A DNA stretch of 63,848 nucleotides, the filler included, from Octopus bimaculoides (taxonomy: Eukaryota), in NCBI RefSeq assembly GCF_001194135.2. It is 5 parts of 5 records of this genome, joined end to end, with 100 filler letters (N's around TTAATTAATTAA, not from the genome) between each part and the next. Parts side by side here need not be neighbours in the genome. Positions count along the whole stretch, not along the records: positions 11,718 to 40,194 come from NC_068990.1; positions 40,295 to 57,248 come from NC_068986.1; 3 more parts are not named here. One strand, 5' to 3'. The translations under genes and the position numbers were made by a program. Shown here piece by piece: positions 36,513 through 50,315 of the stretch (positions within the stretch are counted from its first letter, which is position 1; each line of letters starts with the position of its first letter). Under the pieces are notes generated by a model, which searched no databases, was not told the origin of the DNA, and saw only the letters and a list, made by a program, of their open reading frames with translations.

Positions 36513-37195
36513 NNNNNNNNNNNNNNNNNNNNNNNNNNNNNNNNNNNNNNNNNNNNNNNNNNNNNNNNNNNNNNNNNNNNNNNNNNNNNNNNNNNNNNNN
36601 NNNNNNNNNNNNNNNNNNNNNNNNNNNNNNNNNNNNNNNNNNNNNNNNNNNNNNNNNNNNNNNNNNNNNNNNNNNNNNNNNNNNNNNNNNNNNNNNNNNN
36701 NNNNNNNNNNNNNNNNNNNNNNNNNNNNNNNNNNNNNNNNNNNNNNNNNNNNNNNNNNNNNNNNNNNNNNNNNNNNNNNNNNNNNNNNNNNNNNNNNNNN
36801 NNNNNNNNNNNNNNNNNNNNNNNNNNNNNNNNNNNNNNNNNNNNNNNNNNNNNNNNNNNNNNNNNNNNNNNNNNNNNNNNNNNNNNNNNNNNNNNNNNNN
36901 NNNNNNNNNNNNNNNNNNNNNNNNNNNNNNNNNNNNNNNNNNNNNNNNNNNNNNNNNNNNNNNNNNNNNNNNNNNNNNNNNNNNNNNNNNNNNNNNNNNN
37001 NNNNNNNNNNNNNNNNNNNNNNNNNNNNNNNNNNNNNNNNNNNNNNNNNNNNNNNNNNNNNNNNNNNNNNNNNNNNNNNNNNNNNNNNNNNNNNNNNNNN
37101 NNNNNNNNNNNNNNNNNNNNNNNNNNNNNNNNNNNNNNNNNNNNNNNNNNNNNNNNNNNNNNNNNNNNNNNNNNNNNNNNNNNNNNNNNNNNNNN

Positions 37196-37280
37196 TCTAA
37201 GGTCAGACTACTATAAAAAAGCACATGTTTACCGAATGCGAGGAAATAAATGTGCTTTTTTATAGTAGTCTGACCTTAGA
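37196..37280. repeat. Perfect 31-bp inverted repeat with 23-nt spacer
   Basis: 37196-37226 is the exact reverse complement of 37250-37280. Confidence 0.95.
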
Positions 37281-38167
37281 GTCCCTCATGGCGTGAGGCG
37301 TTATTACATAGTAATGCCCTTATATAAATATAAATATATATTTTGGGAATAAATCATGGAGGTTTTTTTCACGCTAGCTACTTGATAAATTCTTGTAAAA
37401 GAATTCGTCCTATTATTGAATTTATATATATATATATATAGATAGATATAAAGTCTTGCATATTATCATTGTTCCGTTAAGCTGTATTTTTAACGTACGG
37501 ATTCGGTGGTTGATCTGTTTTCATAATAACTCCAGCTTTTCCAGATTGTCACTTAGGTATTTACTAACAAAAGCAAATGCCCCAATTATTATGCGTACCA
37601 ATGTGATTTATTATCTGGGTATAAAAGCTGAAGATTTTCAAGTACTTGCCCAAAGTTATTCTTTTACTCTTTGATTTTCGAAGAGATCTTCTTATGACAG
37701 CACATACTTTTTCTCGTCTATCTAAGACACCGATATCCAACCTGTTGTATTTGCACTCAGCAATGTATATATGTACAAGTGTATGCATTTATGTATATAA
37801 ATATATATCTATGAATGTACTACGTACGCACATATGTATGCATGTATATATGCATCTATGTATGCATATATGTATGCATATATGTATATGTTTATGAATA
37901 TATGTTTATATGGTATGTATGTATGTATGTATGTATGCACGGTCAAGGAAATAATAAGTGATATTTCGTTACAGAGATACTCTGATCAATATACTTCATA
38001 ATATTATTATCACCGATAAATAGAATACTTTTTTTCCCGCGATTATAAAACCTATAATCCAATGATCGATATACACCAGCTGTCACTCTCATTGCCAGAC
38101 ATATTCAGCTTTCACTGTCAAGGTCTCACTCTCTCTTGCTCTCTCACTATGCATGCGCACGCTCACG

Positions 38168-38239
<72 letters not shown>

Positions 38240-38916
38240 TGTGTATCTATGTAAGTATGTTTTTGCGCAACATACCAACATATACGTAGGTATGTTGTGC
38301 AAATTTTTATCGGATATATCTATGTGTATGTGTATGTGTGTGTGTATGTATGTATAACTGTATGCTTGGCTATGTAAATATGTATGTGTGTGTATAAATA
38401 TGATGTATATTTATTAATTCATATGTCTCTCTATATATATGTGTGTGAGCATGTGTTTGTATGAGTGTGTGTGCGCATGCGGTAGCATGTATGTATATTT
38501 ACTCATCGTCATAGGCATCTCATCGCACATGTCAGGAATAAATCCCATAGCGTGTGTGTTGAGACACATTAGAGTAATAGAGAACTCTAATTGAAACTAT
38601 CAGATTAATATATGTATCGTTAGCAAAAATAGCTTGGCAAAGACCATGTTTCCCCAAGATACACACTCAGAAGTTGATATCAACTCAGCAAGCTGATGAA
38701 ACAGTCACAAAGTCTACTATGTGGTTGCCCAGCCTGCTAGAAATAGAAATTTTTCATTCCCTTCATTTTTTCTTTACATGAAATTGGAATATATTGTCCT
38801 TTAAAATTAACTGAAATTAAATTTATTTGCATTTATAATTAACAGATGAATTTCATACAGATTTTTGTTAAATGGTTTGGTGAATGCTCACACATTTCCC
38901 CCCAGCTCCATATAGA

Positions 38917-39115
38917 TACACCCTATTCTCCGGCATATAAGTTGAATTTCTCATACTAAAATTTACGGCCATAAAAAGGTAGGTCAACTTATACACCACG
39001 ATGACTTTGGAAAACCAAAAATTCCAAGTAAAATGGAGCAGAATTTGGACATATGTTTGAGTGTTGACAAGTTTACACCATATACTACGTCGACTTGTAT
39101 GCCGGAAAAATGGTA
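38917..39115. mobile_element. pogo/Tigger-like MITE
   Basis: Left ctattctccggcatataagttga and right gtcgacttgtatgccggaaaaatggta are imperfect TIRs. Internal gtcaacttatacac copy present. Confidence 0.65.
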
Positions 39116-39879
39116 AATGCATAACCTGTAAACTAGGAGACTGACATGAAGACCTGAAGTATACCTGGAGTAGTGAGGAAATGCCATCGATGTATTCGCG
39201 AATGGTGACGAATGGACTTTGACAAACTTAGCTGATCGATCGAACGATTAACCAAACATTCGATTAGTTAGCTGGTTAAATGGTTAACCAATTGGCAAAA
39301 AAAAAAAAGAAATACAAGTATCAGTAAAAAGAATCACTAGGTGTGCTTATTATTGGCATAATGATCTGCCCGAGATACCACAAAATAACTAAACAAATTA
39401 TGCAATTATGCGGCACGCAATTATGTGAAACCGATTGTAGTATATAGGATTTCATTTAATTGACATAAACAACGACAATTTAGGTGACTGAATCGACTTC
39501 CGTACATTACTACTGCTTACTTCATTGATCACGGGTACCTATGATACGCATGTGATTGTTCCTCTTGTTCTTGTTTATATTCTTCTTCCGACTCTACTCC
39601 TACTATTCCTCCAGGAATTAGAGGAGGATGAGAAGTAAGAGGGGAATTAGAAACTGTAACGTTCTTCCTCTTGATTCTCTTTTAATCTTTTACTGGTGCT
39701 AGTTTGTTGTTTGTGGCTATGCCGGAACAGCGTCATGATTACATAACTAATCACAGACGCACACGCACACACACACACAAACATACACACGCATGCATGC
39801 ACGCACTCACGCACGCACATATATAAGAGGTGTATGGGTAGTATACGTTTACATATGTGTATGTGTGTGCATATATATG

Positions 39880-39933
<54 letters not shown>

Positions 39934-40006
39934 AAATGTAATATAATATATATAGATATGTGTGTGTGTGTATGTGTAGTATACATGCATGGGCATATGC
40001 CTGTAC

Positions 40007-40041
<35 letters not shown>

Positions 40042-40053
40042 CACGCATGTATA

Positions 40054-40193
40054 CATTTAAACCCTTCCTTAAACACATAAATAGCTATATCAGAGATGAC
40101 TTGGATATGCTAAATTACCTCCCAAAGAAAGTCAAGGAAGAAACAATCATGGTCTCATTTGACGTGATTAATTTATACACCAGTATACCTCAT
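40054..40193 (+). mobile_element. PLE RT fragment
   Basis: FKPFLKHINSYIRDDLDMLNYLPKKVKEETIMVSFDVINLYTSIPH shows the SFDVxxLYTxIP RT motif. Runs into a gap. Confidence 0.85.
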
Positions 40194-40324
40194 ANNNNNN
40201 NNNNNNNNNNNNNNNNNNNNNNNNNNNNNNNNNNNNNNTTAATTAATTAANNNNNNNNNNNNNNNNNNNNNNNNNNNNNNNNNNNNNNNNNNNNATATAT
40301 ATATATATATATATACACACACAT

Positions 40325-40660
40325 TCGAAGGTTCATGGCTCAGTGCTTAGAGCGTCAGCTTCACTCAAAATCATGAGTTTGATCCCCGGACCGGACAGTG
40401 TATTGTGTTCTTGAGGAAGACACTTTATTTCACGTTGCTCCAATTGACACTCCTGTAGAGATGAGTTGCTATGTTACTGGTGCCAAGCTGTATCAGTCTT
40501 TGCTTTCCTTTGGATAACATCACTAGTATAGAGACGTTAGGCTGGTATGCATGAGCGACTGCTGGTTTTCCATAAATAACCTTGCCTCATCATTCATGAC
40601 AAAAGGGGATTTCTTTAACATTTATATGTATGTATATATATATATATGATGCCTGTGTGG

Positions 40661-40691
<31 letters not shown>

Positions 40692-41045
40692 GAGGTTTCC
40701 CAACCACATAGTTCCGGGTTCAGGGGCACCTGGGGCAAGTGTCTTCTACAATAGCCTCAGGCCGGTCAAAACTTTGTGAATGGATTTGGTAGACGGAAAC
40801 TGAAAGCCTTTCGTATATACATGTATGTATTTATGCGCGTGTTTGTCCTTCAGCCATCGTTTGACAACGGATGGTGATGTGTTTATGGTCCCATAAACTA
40901 GTGGTTTGGGCAAAGAGACCCATAGAATAAGTACGTCGTTTACAAAGAATAAGTCCTGGGGTTGATTTGTTCGACGATAATCTTTTAAGGCGATGCTCCA
41001 GCACGGCCGCAGTCAAATGACTGAAACAAGTGAAATAATAAAAGA
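40325..41045 (+). mobile_element. SINE family C copy (40325-40590) followed by SINE family B copy (40690-41045)
   Basis: tRNA-like head ggctcagtgcttagagcg...gagtttgatcccc plus 'cactttatttcacgttgctcc' core, then family B body and tail ending aaatgactgaaacaag. Confidence 0.75.
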
Positions 41046-41640
41046 ATATATATATATATATATATANNNNNNNNNNNNNNNNNNNNNNNNNNNNNNNNNN
41101 NNNNNNNNNNNNNNNNNNNNNNNNNNNNNNNNNNNNNNNNNNNNNNNNNNNNNNNNNNNNNNNNNNNNNNNNNNNNNNNNNNNNNNNNNNNNNNNNNNNN
41201 NNNNNNNNNNNNNNNNNNNNNNNNNNNNNNNNNNNNNNNNNNNNNNNNNNNNNNNNNNNNNNNNNNNNNNNNNNNNNNNNNNNNNNNNNNNNNNNNNNNN
41301 NNNNNNNNNNNNNNNNNNNNNNNNNNNNNNNNNNNNNNNNNNNNNNNNNNNNNNNNNNNNNNNNNNNNNNNNNNNNNNNNNNNNNNNNNNNNNNNNNNNN
41401 NNNNNNNNNNNNNNNNNNNNNNNNNNTATATACATATGCATATGTATATGTATATATATAACAAATTAAAAGGGTAAAGGTTTATCAATTTATTAATTTA
41501 TTAATAAATCAATTAGTAATTTTTACCAAGCCCTTCGGTATGTAAGCACCATTATCGGTGGAGAACTTATTTAAAAGTTCATATACATTTATAAACATAA
41601 TTAAGGGATCAGCAAATATTTGCTTCACCACATACCGAAG

Positions 41641-41690
<50 letters not shown>

Positions 41691-43049
41691 TGTGTGGGTG
41701 TGTGTGTGTGTGTGTGTGTATATTATACACACACATTCATCCATGTGTTCACACGAGTACATGCACACACATATGTGCATAACGACTTAATTAAAGCTAG
41801 GTTTTCAACTATTGTTTACTGTGCTATGCGCTGCCTTATTACAAAATATTTCAGTTGAATGTGAGATGCCGTTTTAAAAAGAATTCCACGAAACTCGGAG
41901 TAAGTAGCTATGGAAAACCCAGCTTTGCTGTTTCTATTGTTTAATATAACAGGATTTTACGCGTTAGATTTGGATATCATGTTTTTCCGTTTGTATCAAG
42001 AGGGACACATACGTATACTCAGACTCGTGCTCACACCCGCACACACATACACACGCACGTGCATATGCGTGTAGATATAAGTGTAAACATGTTGTGTGAT
42101 TGTGTCTGACTGTGACCGTATGCATAAATATACATATACATATACACACAAAGACATAAATATAAATGTATATGTATATATATAGCAGATTGGAATAGCA
42201 GTGTAAAAAGAGTTTCTAAATGCGGTGTGATGGTATTAGAATGATAGAAGTTAATTATACACACTATTATTAGCAAAGATTAAGATGAATATAATGTCAA
42301 AGTCTAATTGATTTATAAACAGTCTTAAGTCAGTTGACATCTTCTCCTTGAGTAACTTTCAACTTATTCCTCTTTCATTCTTTTCTATAATCTTATTTTT
42401 CTTACTTCTTTTCTCTCGTAACGTTCCTAGCCTTTTCTCTCCGCATCTCTCTCTCTCTCTCTCTCTCTCACTCTCTCTCTCTCTCTCTCTCNNNNNNNNN
42501 NNNNNNNNNNNNNNNNNNNNNNNNNNNNNNNNNNNNNNNNNNNNNNNNNNNNNNNNNNNNNNNNNNNNNNNNNNNNNNNNNNNNNNNNNNNNNNNNNNNN
42601 NNNNNNNNNNNNNNNNNNNNNNNNNNNNNNNNNNNNNNNNNNNNNNNNNNNNNNNNNNNNNNNNNNNNNNNNNNNNNNNNNNNNNNNNNNNNNNNNNNNN
42701 NNNNNNNNNNNNNNNNNNNNNNNNNNNNNNNNNNNNNNNNNNNNNNNNNNNNNNNNNNNNNNNNNNNNNNNNNNNNNNNNNNNNNNNNNNNNNNNNNNNN
42801 NNNNNNNNNNNNNNNNNNNNNNNNNNNNNNNNNNNNNNNNNNNNNNNNNNNNNNNNNNNNNNNNNNNNNNNNNNNNNNNNNNNNNNNNNNNNNNNNNNNN
42901 NNNNNNNNNNNNNNNNNNNNNNNNNNNNNNNNNNNNNNNNNNNNNNNNNNNNNNNNNNNNNNNNNNNNNNNNNNNNNNNNNNNNNNNNNNNNNNNNNNNN
43001 NNNNNNNNNNNNNNNNNNNNNNNNNNNNNNNNNNNNNNNNTATATATAT

Positions 43050-43675
43050 ATATATAACAGGTAATTTACAATAACAAAAGTTTGTTCAAAGAAATAGAAA
43101 AGATTGTGCAAGGTGTTTTCCTTTATGATCGCAACGTTTGTAATCAATGTCCATTTTTACAGCGCGTATCTTGTCCATTTGGTTCTTGCTATATTTGGGA
43201 ATTTTATGCGAAAAATGTATAGAGCCATTTAACTTTATATCTTTATTTATGTATTTTAAATAGCCATTGCTGGAAAATATCGTCGTAAATTGCAAGTCGT
43301 ATGATGGACTAATAACTAGTTCACTGCATTTCTGACAACCAGGGTGACATCGGTGTGTTCGTGTAAGTAGATGCAGAAAAACGTGTCGCAAGTGACATTG
43401 TTCGAAAGTTAGCGATTGTTCGGTTTCCTCGTCCACATTATGTCCGTGAAAGATATTCACATACACACACGGTCGCGCGCACGCACGCATATATGCACAC
43501 ACACACACACACACATTCACATAATACACACACACATGCATATGAATACACTCACACACACACTCACACACAAATATATATATGCATATATATATATGTA
43601 CGTATGTGCATATATATATATACGTGTGTGTATGTGTGTGTGTATATGTATGTGTATGTGTGTGTATGTGGATGG

Positions 43676-43707
<32 letters not shown>

Positions 43708-44760
43708 ATGCACATAGATGGATGTTTGTTTTTATGTTCTCTTATACTAAAGACAATTTTACATTAATCTGAAGAGTTATTCTATACTTTTGTGGAGTAC
43801 AAATTTATTGTTCTTAAGCAAGACTATTTTTGATAGTAACTTCGAAGTTTCGGCCAGCAAAGTCATCGACGGGCTGTGATACATTGAAGTACTTCTTGGC
43901 TTTATATAGTCTCTGTTGAATTCATATTCTCTTTTGAATGTGGGTTTCTGTGGAGTGGTAATTAGGTAATTAGTTGTAATTAGTTTGTACGGAGTGGTAA
44001 TTAGGTTCCGTTGCGGTGGAGAAGTGTTTTGGAGAAATTTTTTTATTGATCAACTAGATATTATGTTATTGTTTAGAATTTATTCAAGCATGTAGAACTT
44101 CGTAAGCGGGTGTGTATATTTTAGTATGATTGCTACTTAGTGATTCAGAAAAAGGGTGTAGGTAGGTATAGGAAGTTTTTTTAACTTGGGCATGTGGTAG
44201 TAGTTTTAGTTATTATTGGTTTTATTCGTTTTAATCGTTTGCATTGGCAATGTAATGGTCAAGTGTTCAAAGTTTATTCTGATATTTAAAAACGTGGTAA
44301 TTGAATCGACTTCTTGTAATGAAATTTTTTAAGGGTTCAAAAAAGAATGTAAGTAGGTGGTATGTTTTAGATGGTCGGTTACTCGATTTATTGCTATATA
44401 GGATATTTCCTGTTTGCATTTGGAAGATAGGGGTAATTAGACGGACATCTCATGGCGTTACTAGTATAGAAATATATTTATCATGTGCTTTAATGTCCAC
44501 AAGAGAACGTGGGTCGGTCAAAAAGCTGTTGGTCAGTAGGTTTCTCTCGGGATTCCATTATTCTATAAGTAATTTGATTAATATATAGAAATCTCAACCT
44601 TTGTGCTTTATGGAGGCAGAGTGTGTGGCTTATGTATTTATAAATATTTCTTCAAGTCTATTTCAAACATGAGTATTTTATAGTATATTATTTTAGGTTA
44701 TATATATATATATAAATGGGGCATTACATAAAGTGTTTATATCTTCATGTATAAATATGG
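43050..44760 (-). mobile_element. Highly decayed PLE remnant(s)
   Basis: Minus strand DINTLCNAP (~44720-44750, like DVxxLYTNIP), a thumb-like segment, and CHPGCQKC...NGYLKY (~43250-43350, linker/endonuclease-like). Many stops. Confidence 0.5.
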
Positions 44761-44898
44761 GAATAAATATATATCAAGCCAAGATTAATTTCAATGCATC
44801 GTAGCACGACGATAGCTTAGATGGCCGAAATTTCTAAGACACTGTCAATAATATTCTCCTTTAAGAATGATATATATACCCATATATCCATATCTACG

Positions 44899-44966
<68 letters not shown>

Positions 44967-45274
44967 CACGATGAGAGCCATCGATGAGCATTAAGATGCA
45001 TGAGCATCACAATACGAAATCATCGATTATCTGGCTATATCTGCGGCCTCCCTTGTCGATCATTAAGATAGTGCGTTCTGTGACTATTTGAGTTGTTTTG
45101 ACTCTTATTTCTAGCAATACNNNNNNNNNNNNNNNNNNNNNNNNNNNNNNNNNNNNNNNNNNNNNNNNNNNNNNNNNNNNNNNNNNNNNNNNNNNNNNNN
45201 NNNNNNNNNNNNNNNNNNNNNNNNNNNNNTATATATACATACATATATATATACATACATGCGTGCGTGTGTGT

Positions 45275-45655
45275 ACCTTGGGCAAGTGTCTTCTACTATA
45301 GCCTTGGACCAACCAAAGCCTTGTGAGTGGATTTGATAGATAGAAACTGAAAGAAGCCCATCATATATATGTATATATATATGTGTGTTTGTGTGTGTAT
45401 ATGTTTGTGTGCCTGTGTTTGTCCCCCCAACATCGCTTGACAACCGATGGTGGTGTGTTTACGTCCCCGTAACTTAGCGGTTCGGCAAAAGAGACCGACA
45501 GAATAAGTACCAGGCTTCCAAAGNNNNNNNNNNAAAGAGACCGACAGAATAAGTACCAGGCTTCCAAAGAATAAGTCCTGGGGTCGATTTGCTCGACTAA
45601 AAAGCGGTGCTCCAGCATGGCCGCAGTCAAATGACTGAAACAAGTAAAAGAGAAA
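45275..45655 (+). mobile_element. SINE family B, long copy spanning a small gap
   Basis: ccttgggcaagtgtcttctactatagcc...gtccccgtaacttagcggttcggcaaaag...aaatgactgaaacaagtaaaaga. Confidence 0.85.
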
Positions 45656-45814
45656 GAGAAAGAGAAATACATATATATATAAGTGTTTGTGTATATACAT
45701 ATATATATGTGTATATACACATACATATGTAGAGAGATACACACACGCACACATGTTTATATGCATGTATGTATAAACATATGTGAGTGTGTTTGTGTGT
45801 GTGTCTGTGTGTGT

Positions 45815-45858
<44 letters not shown>

Positions 45859-47169
45859 GCGTGAGTTACTATATTAGAATCAATATTAATCCAAATGATT
45901 CCCACCGAAAATTAGCAGAGTACAATATACATTTATTAATAGCTTGGCTATTCAGTTAATGTGTGTGAGGATGAAAGTAAATTGTTGTGATACGACGGTG
46001 GTTAATTTGATGCGGAAAAATCTATTTTCTTTAGCTCTATTTGAGGGGTTTTGTGTTTGTGTGTTCATGCAAACGGTTTGATAATTATATGTTATGTGTT
46101 GTAGAATGTGAGCAACACCTTTCAGTAACATCTGGCAGAAACTCAAAGAACACCCAGAAATCAAACGAAATATTTGTGAAGGCAGACAAAATAAAGAACG
46201 CACACGAAATGAGGCACAAAACTTGTAATAATACATGAGCAATCAGTAAAAACTATAAAAAATAATATATTAAATTCTATAAAAAAAAATGGAGTAAAAA
46301 ATGTTGTTTGGAACCTTAATATATATGATAAAGTAATCCTAACGAAAACCTACATAAAGAGTATTTTTCCTTCTCGCTTTTAATAATTTCCTCTTGCCGA
46401 ATAATATTTTGTGCTATGGTTATTAACATCATTGGAGTAATTTCCCTTCTGCAGCAACCTCATGACCATTTTCCTAAATATATGAATACGAATTGATTTG
46501 ACAAATTTGATATGCTCTATGCCCCACCCCCGAATAGCTTGTCTCTAAAAACTCAGCGAGTAACATTATTTGTTCTTCTGCTTTTGGTTCTGTTTTTAAA
46601 TAAATTCGAGCATCAACTGCTATCATGCTGTTTCGGCAGACAAAACAAACATACACAGATGCGCATACGGGCGTATAAATACATCATATCGCTTAAACAA
46701 CAACAAAAAACAAAGAAACAATATAAATATAATAGAAAATGAAAACAGTCGTGTTACAGATCAAAAGAAAAACCACCACTGCAACACGCCATACGCTTCC
46801 GGGGGAGATTAGAAAATATACATTTCAACAGAGAATATGATATTCATATTCTGTATGTTGAATATAATGAACGCACAGTGCAGAAGCGAAGCATCACGAA
46901 TGTATTACCAATGAAAACACACGTCGTATAGGTTATATTAACCACAATTGTTTGCTTCCATTCTTTTTTTAAACAATCAATATAAAAAATGTATAACTAA
47001 AGAACTTAACCAAAATTACCTGAAGAGCCAAATTTTGGTGAAACACATAGTTGTTATGATGTAAAAATGGAATATCAAGTTAACAATGAATGTGTGTGTA
47101 TGTGTGTGTGTGCGTGTCTGCGTGTGTGTGTATCCTGTGATATATTTATTTACATTTATACATATACAT

Positions 47170-47214
<45 letters not shown>

Positions 47215-47516
47215 TACGCACAATATATGCATATACACAGGCACATATGAATACATGTGCGTGTGTATGCATGTATGTATGTATGTATGTATGTACGTAT
47301 GTATGTATGTATACAACCAGAGAAAGGGGTAATATTTTTCATTTTCATAGCTCTTGTCTATTTATATTCTCCTACCCTACGTAAATAATTCTTTTTAATC
47401 CTTTTTGTTTTATAATTTAAAAACCGAGCTAGAATTATATTTAAAAACAACAAAAAAGCATTTACTACTTCAATTATATTTTTCTCTGATTAAATCATCA
47501 TTAATGTAATTTATCA

Positions 47517-47561
<45 letters not shown>

Positions 47562-48215
47562 CATTGTTGTCGTTGTTGTTGTTATTATTTTAATTTTTAT
47601 TAAATTATATAATTATTATTATGATTATCATCATCATTATTATCATAACATTATAATTATCTGTTTGTTTTCTTTAATCCATGGCAGTTGTACAGCTACC
47701 AACCACTACTATCAAACTCATTACAAACACCGACATCAACTACTCTCTATATGTTGTTTAATTATTTATTTAGAGATAATAGCAATTATTTCTGACGATG
47801 TTGCTTATTCGATGCAATTAAAATGTAATTTAATATAATTATACGAATTAATTACATCTCATAGCTGCATGTGTGCAGCTGTTAGCAGCACTAAAATAAA
47901 AGCAACAAGAACTACTGGCCAGGTTTGCGTAGCAAAGTTAATCATGTTTTTGTTAATTGTTCTTAATTCTTCGTTGATTAAAACGCGTCAATGAATTTTG
48001 TTATCAATATTTAACATAATTTTAAAAGACATTTTAAAATAAACTATTGTCTAGAATTATCTTCATGCTTTCCTCCTCCTCCTCCTCCTTCTCCTCATAA
48101 TCATCATCATCGACCTCATCATTACTCAGAACCTATTTATTATGTAGAATACGCATAGGTGCATTTATCTTTAAGCGTGTATGTGTGTATGTGTGTGTGC
48201 ATATGTATGTACGTA

Positions 48216-48254
<39 letters not shown>

Positions 48255-49310
48255 GGATATGAATGTATGTATGTGCGTACCTATGTATATATATATATAT
48301 ATATATATCCATAATTTTGCTTTGCTATAGTAGTACCAATATACCGCTAGGCTGTTGCTAGTACACTGGTTATTGGCATACTTATACTTATAATTTACAG
48401 TATTACAAACCTCCAAAGGGTAGGAGGTGTAAATTCATTGACGCCGGTCTGGTCCGCTCACTTATATGAACCAGATCAGTACATACTGTAATATTCATTA
48501 ATAATGTATAATAAAAGAGCATAATTGCATTCGGTATCTTATATTTGTTTTCGCTAAAAGGAACCGTGAGGCCAGCGTTTAGTGCGAGTGTGACATCTTA
48601 TAGCTTCATCAGAGCCATAGAACTATATAAGATGTTACACAGTCATTAAACTCTAAGTACACGGCTCCTTATACATGAAACAGCTGTATAATAATGAAGC
48701 GGGTTACTTAAACCTTGCTCTTGTGTCATTCATTATTAACTAATTATATAAGTACATATGTCATAGCAAACGTACATTAAATTTGATTATAGTGAGATAG
48801 ACTGTATTCAGCCCCGCCTCAATTTATTTACAACCAAAGGCAGGTACGATTCAGGGGATGTAGTCTTTATGCGAGTAGACATAAGTTATCGCCTTAATAT
48901 ATGATCTAGAACTATTCGATGTGTTCAATGTATGCATACGTACTGGTCTTCATACATTGCACTGTCAGTCAAAATTAGCAACAATTGAATTCTGTCTTTT
49001 TGGTTTTAAATTGCTTATAGCCGCCTTCATTATTTTATAATTTCCACATTACCATTTTGCTGAATCAGCCATTGATTCATATGGTAAAAGCTAGGTACTG
49101 ATAGTCGGTTATTTGGCCAAACTATTCAGCTGATCTCGCTCGTTGTGTGGCGGTTAGCTCCCCTTTCAGTACAAAGACTCGTGCACTTTGCAGCTAAAAA
49201 GGTGTTTATCTCTTATTTCTAGCACTGCAGACGCTACCCTGCTACGTCAGTCAGAATTAGTGATAATTGAATCTTCCTTTTTGGTTTTATATTGCTTATA
49301 GCCGCCTTCG

Positions 49311-49349
<39 letters not shown>

Positions 49350-49350
<1 letters not shown>

Positions 49351-50315
49351 TTGCGGAAATACCCGACGTTGCCCGGCTTAAAGAGAATAATGGACTTTAA
49401 AAACGTCGTCTAGATTACGCAGGTCTCAACTGCTAGGAGCTGAGAGATCGTCTTTCTACATCAATAACTGTCCAACTCAAGCCAGCATGAAATATAGATG
49501 TTAACTGAAATACTAAAACAAAATTTTCAACTCATATATGCACATAATGTAAATACACGTAATTCAAAAACACGTTTTGTGTAGCTTATTTCGTAAACAA
49601 AAAACAGGTACAGATTATAAACAATGAAAGGCCGATTTTGGTGATTCAGTTGATAGAGGTAGTCGAGGGCCAATCTAATGATAAATCTGACCCTGGATCT
49701 TGAAAGTTTGCATGAATCCTGGCTCAGTTAAATCTCTTGTAGCTCCAAATGATGTCACAACAGTTTCTTTAATAGCTCTGGAGGTTGGGGATTGTAGGGA
49801 GTTTAACCTTCCCACCACTGCATCACAGTGCAAGTGTCTCTCAAGGCCACTGCCTTGCTTTACAATATATGCACTCAGTTCTCATTGCACCAGTGCAAAC
49901 TCTAGTATCATCTGCATAATGAGCTGCTGGATCATAATTGAAAGCTGCTTCATAGAAGTTGCTTCTCTGAGCTGTTGCAACAGCTATTCGTTCTGCAGTG
50001 GAGATCCTATTCCTTGTCAGCCGTGCATACTTCCGTTCATCACTTTGAGATGCTCTGGCTTTTGTAGTGCACAGTCTGTTCGTTTCTTGGTATGCTTCCC
50101 TTTCTGCAGCTGTTGAACGTATATATAATTTTCGAAGTGGCACACACCCCTCTTCAAAAATATAAGGACATACTGTGTCGTACAGACAGCTGAACACGAT
50201 GCTTCCTGGGGCTAAATAACAGTAGCATTCATCCCAACTGCTACATTATGGTGGCAAATAATCTTTACTTTAGGGTGCTGTTACTGCTGTTACTGAATGT
50301 CTCTCGTTGAGAGAT
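49350..50315 (-). mobile_element. Helitron, internally deleted, retaining Rep N-terminal region and 3' end
   Basis: AAFNYDP...GAMRTECIYCKARQWP*ETLAL*CSGGKVKLP...PPELLKKLL/TSFGA...FMQTFKIQGQIYH*IG. The 3' terminus is ccgggcaacgtcgggtatttccgCAAG|T (hairpin plus CTRR-like end). Both flanks are (TA)n. Confidence 0.88.

Noticed and set aside
45488-45570. 36-bp repeat on both sides of a 10-N gap
   Set aside because: Overlapping contig ends inside one SINE, so an artefact.
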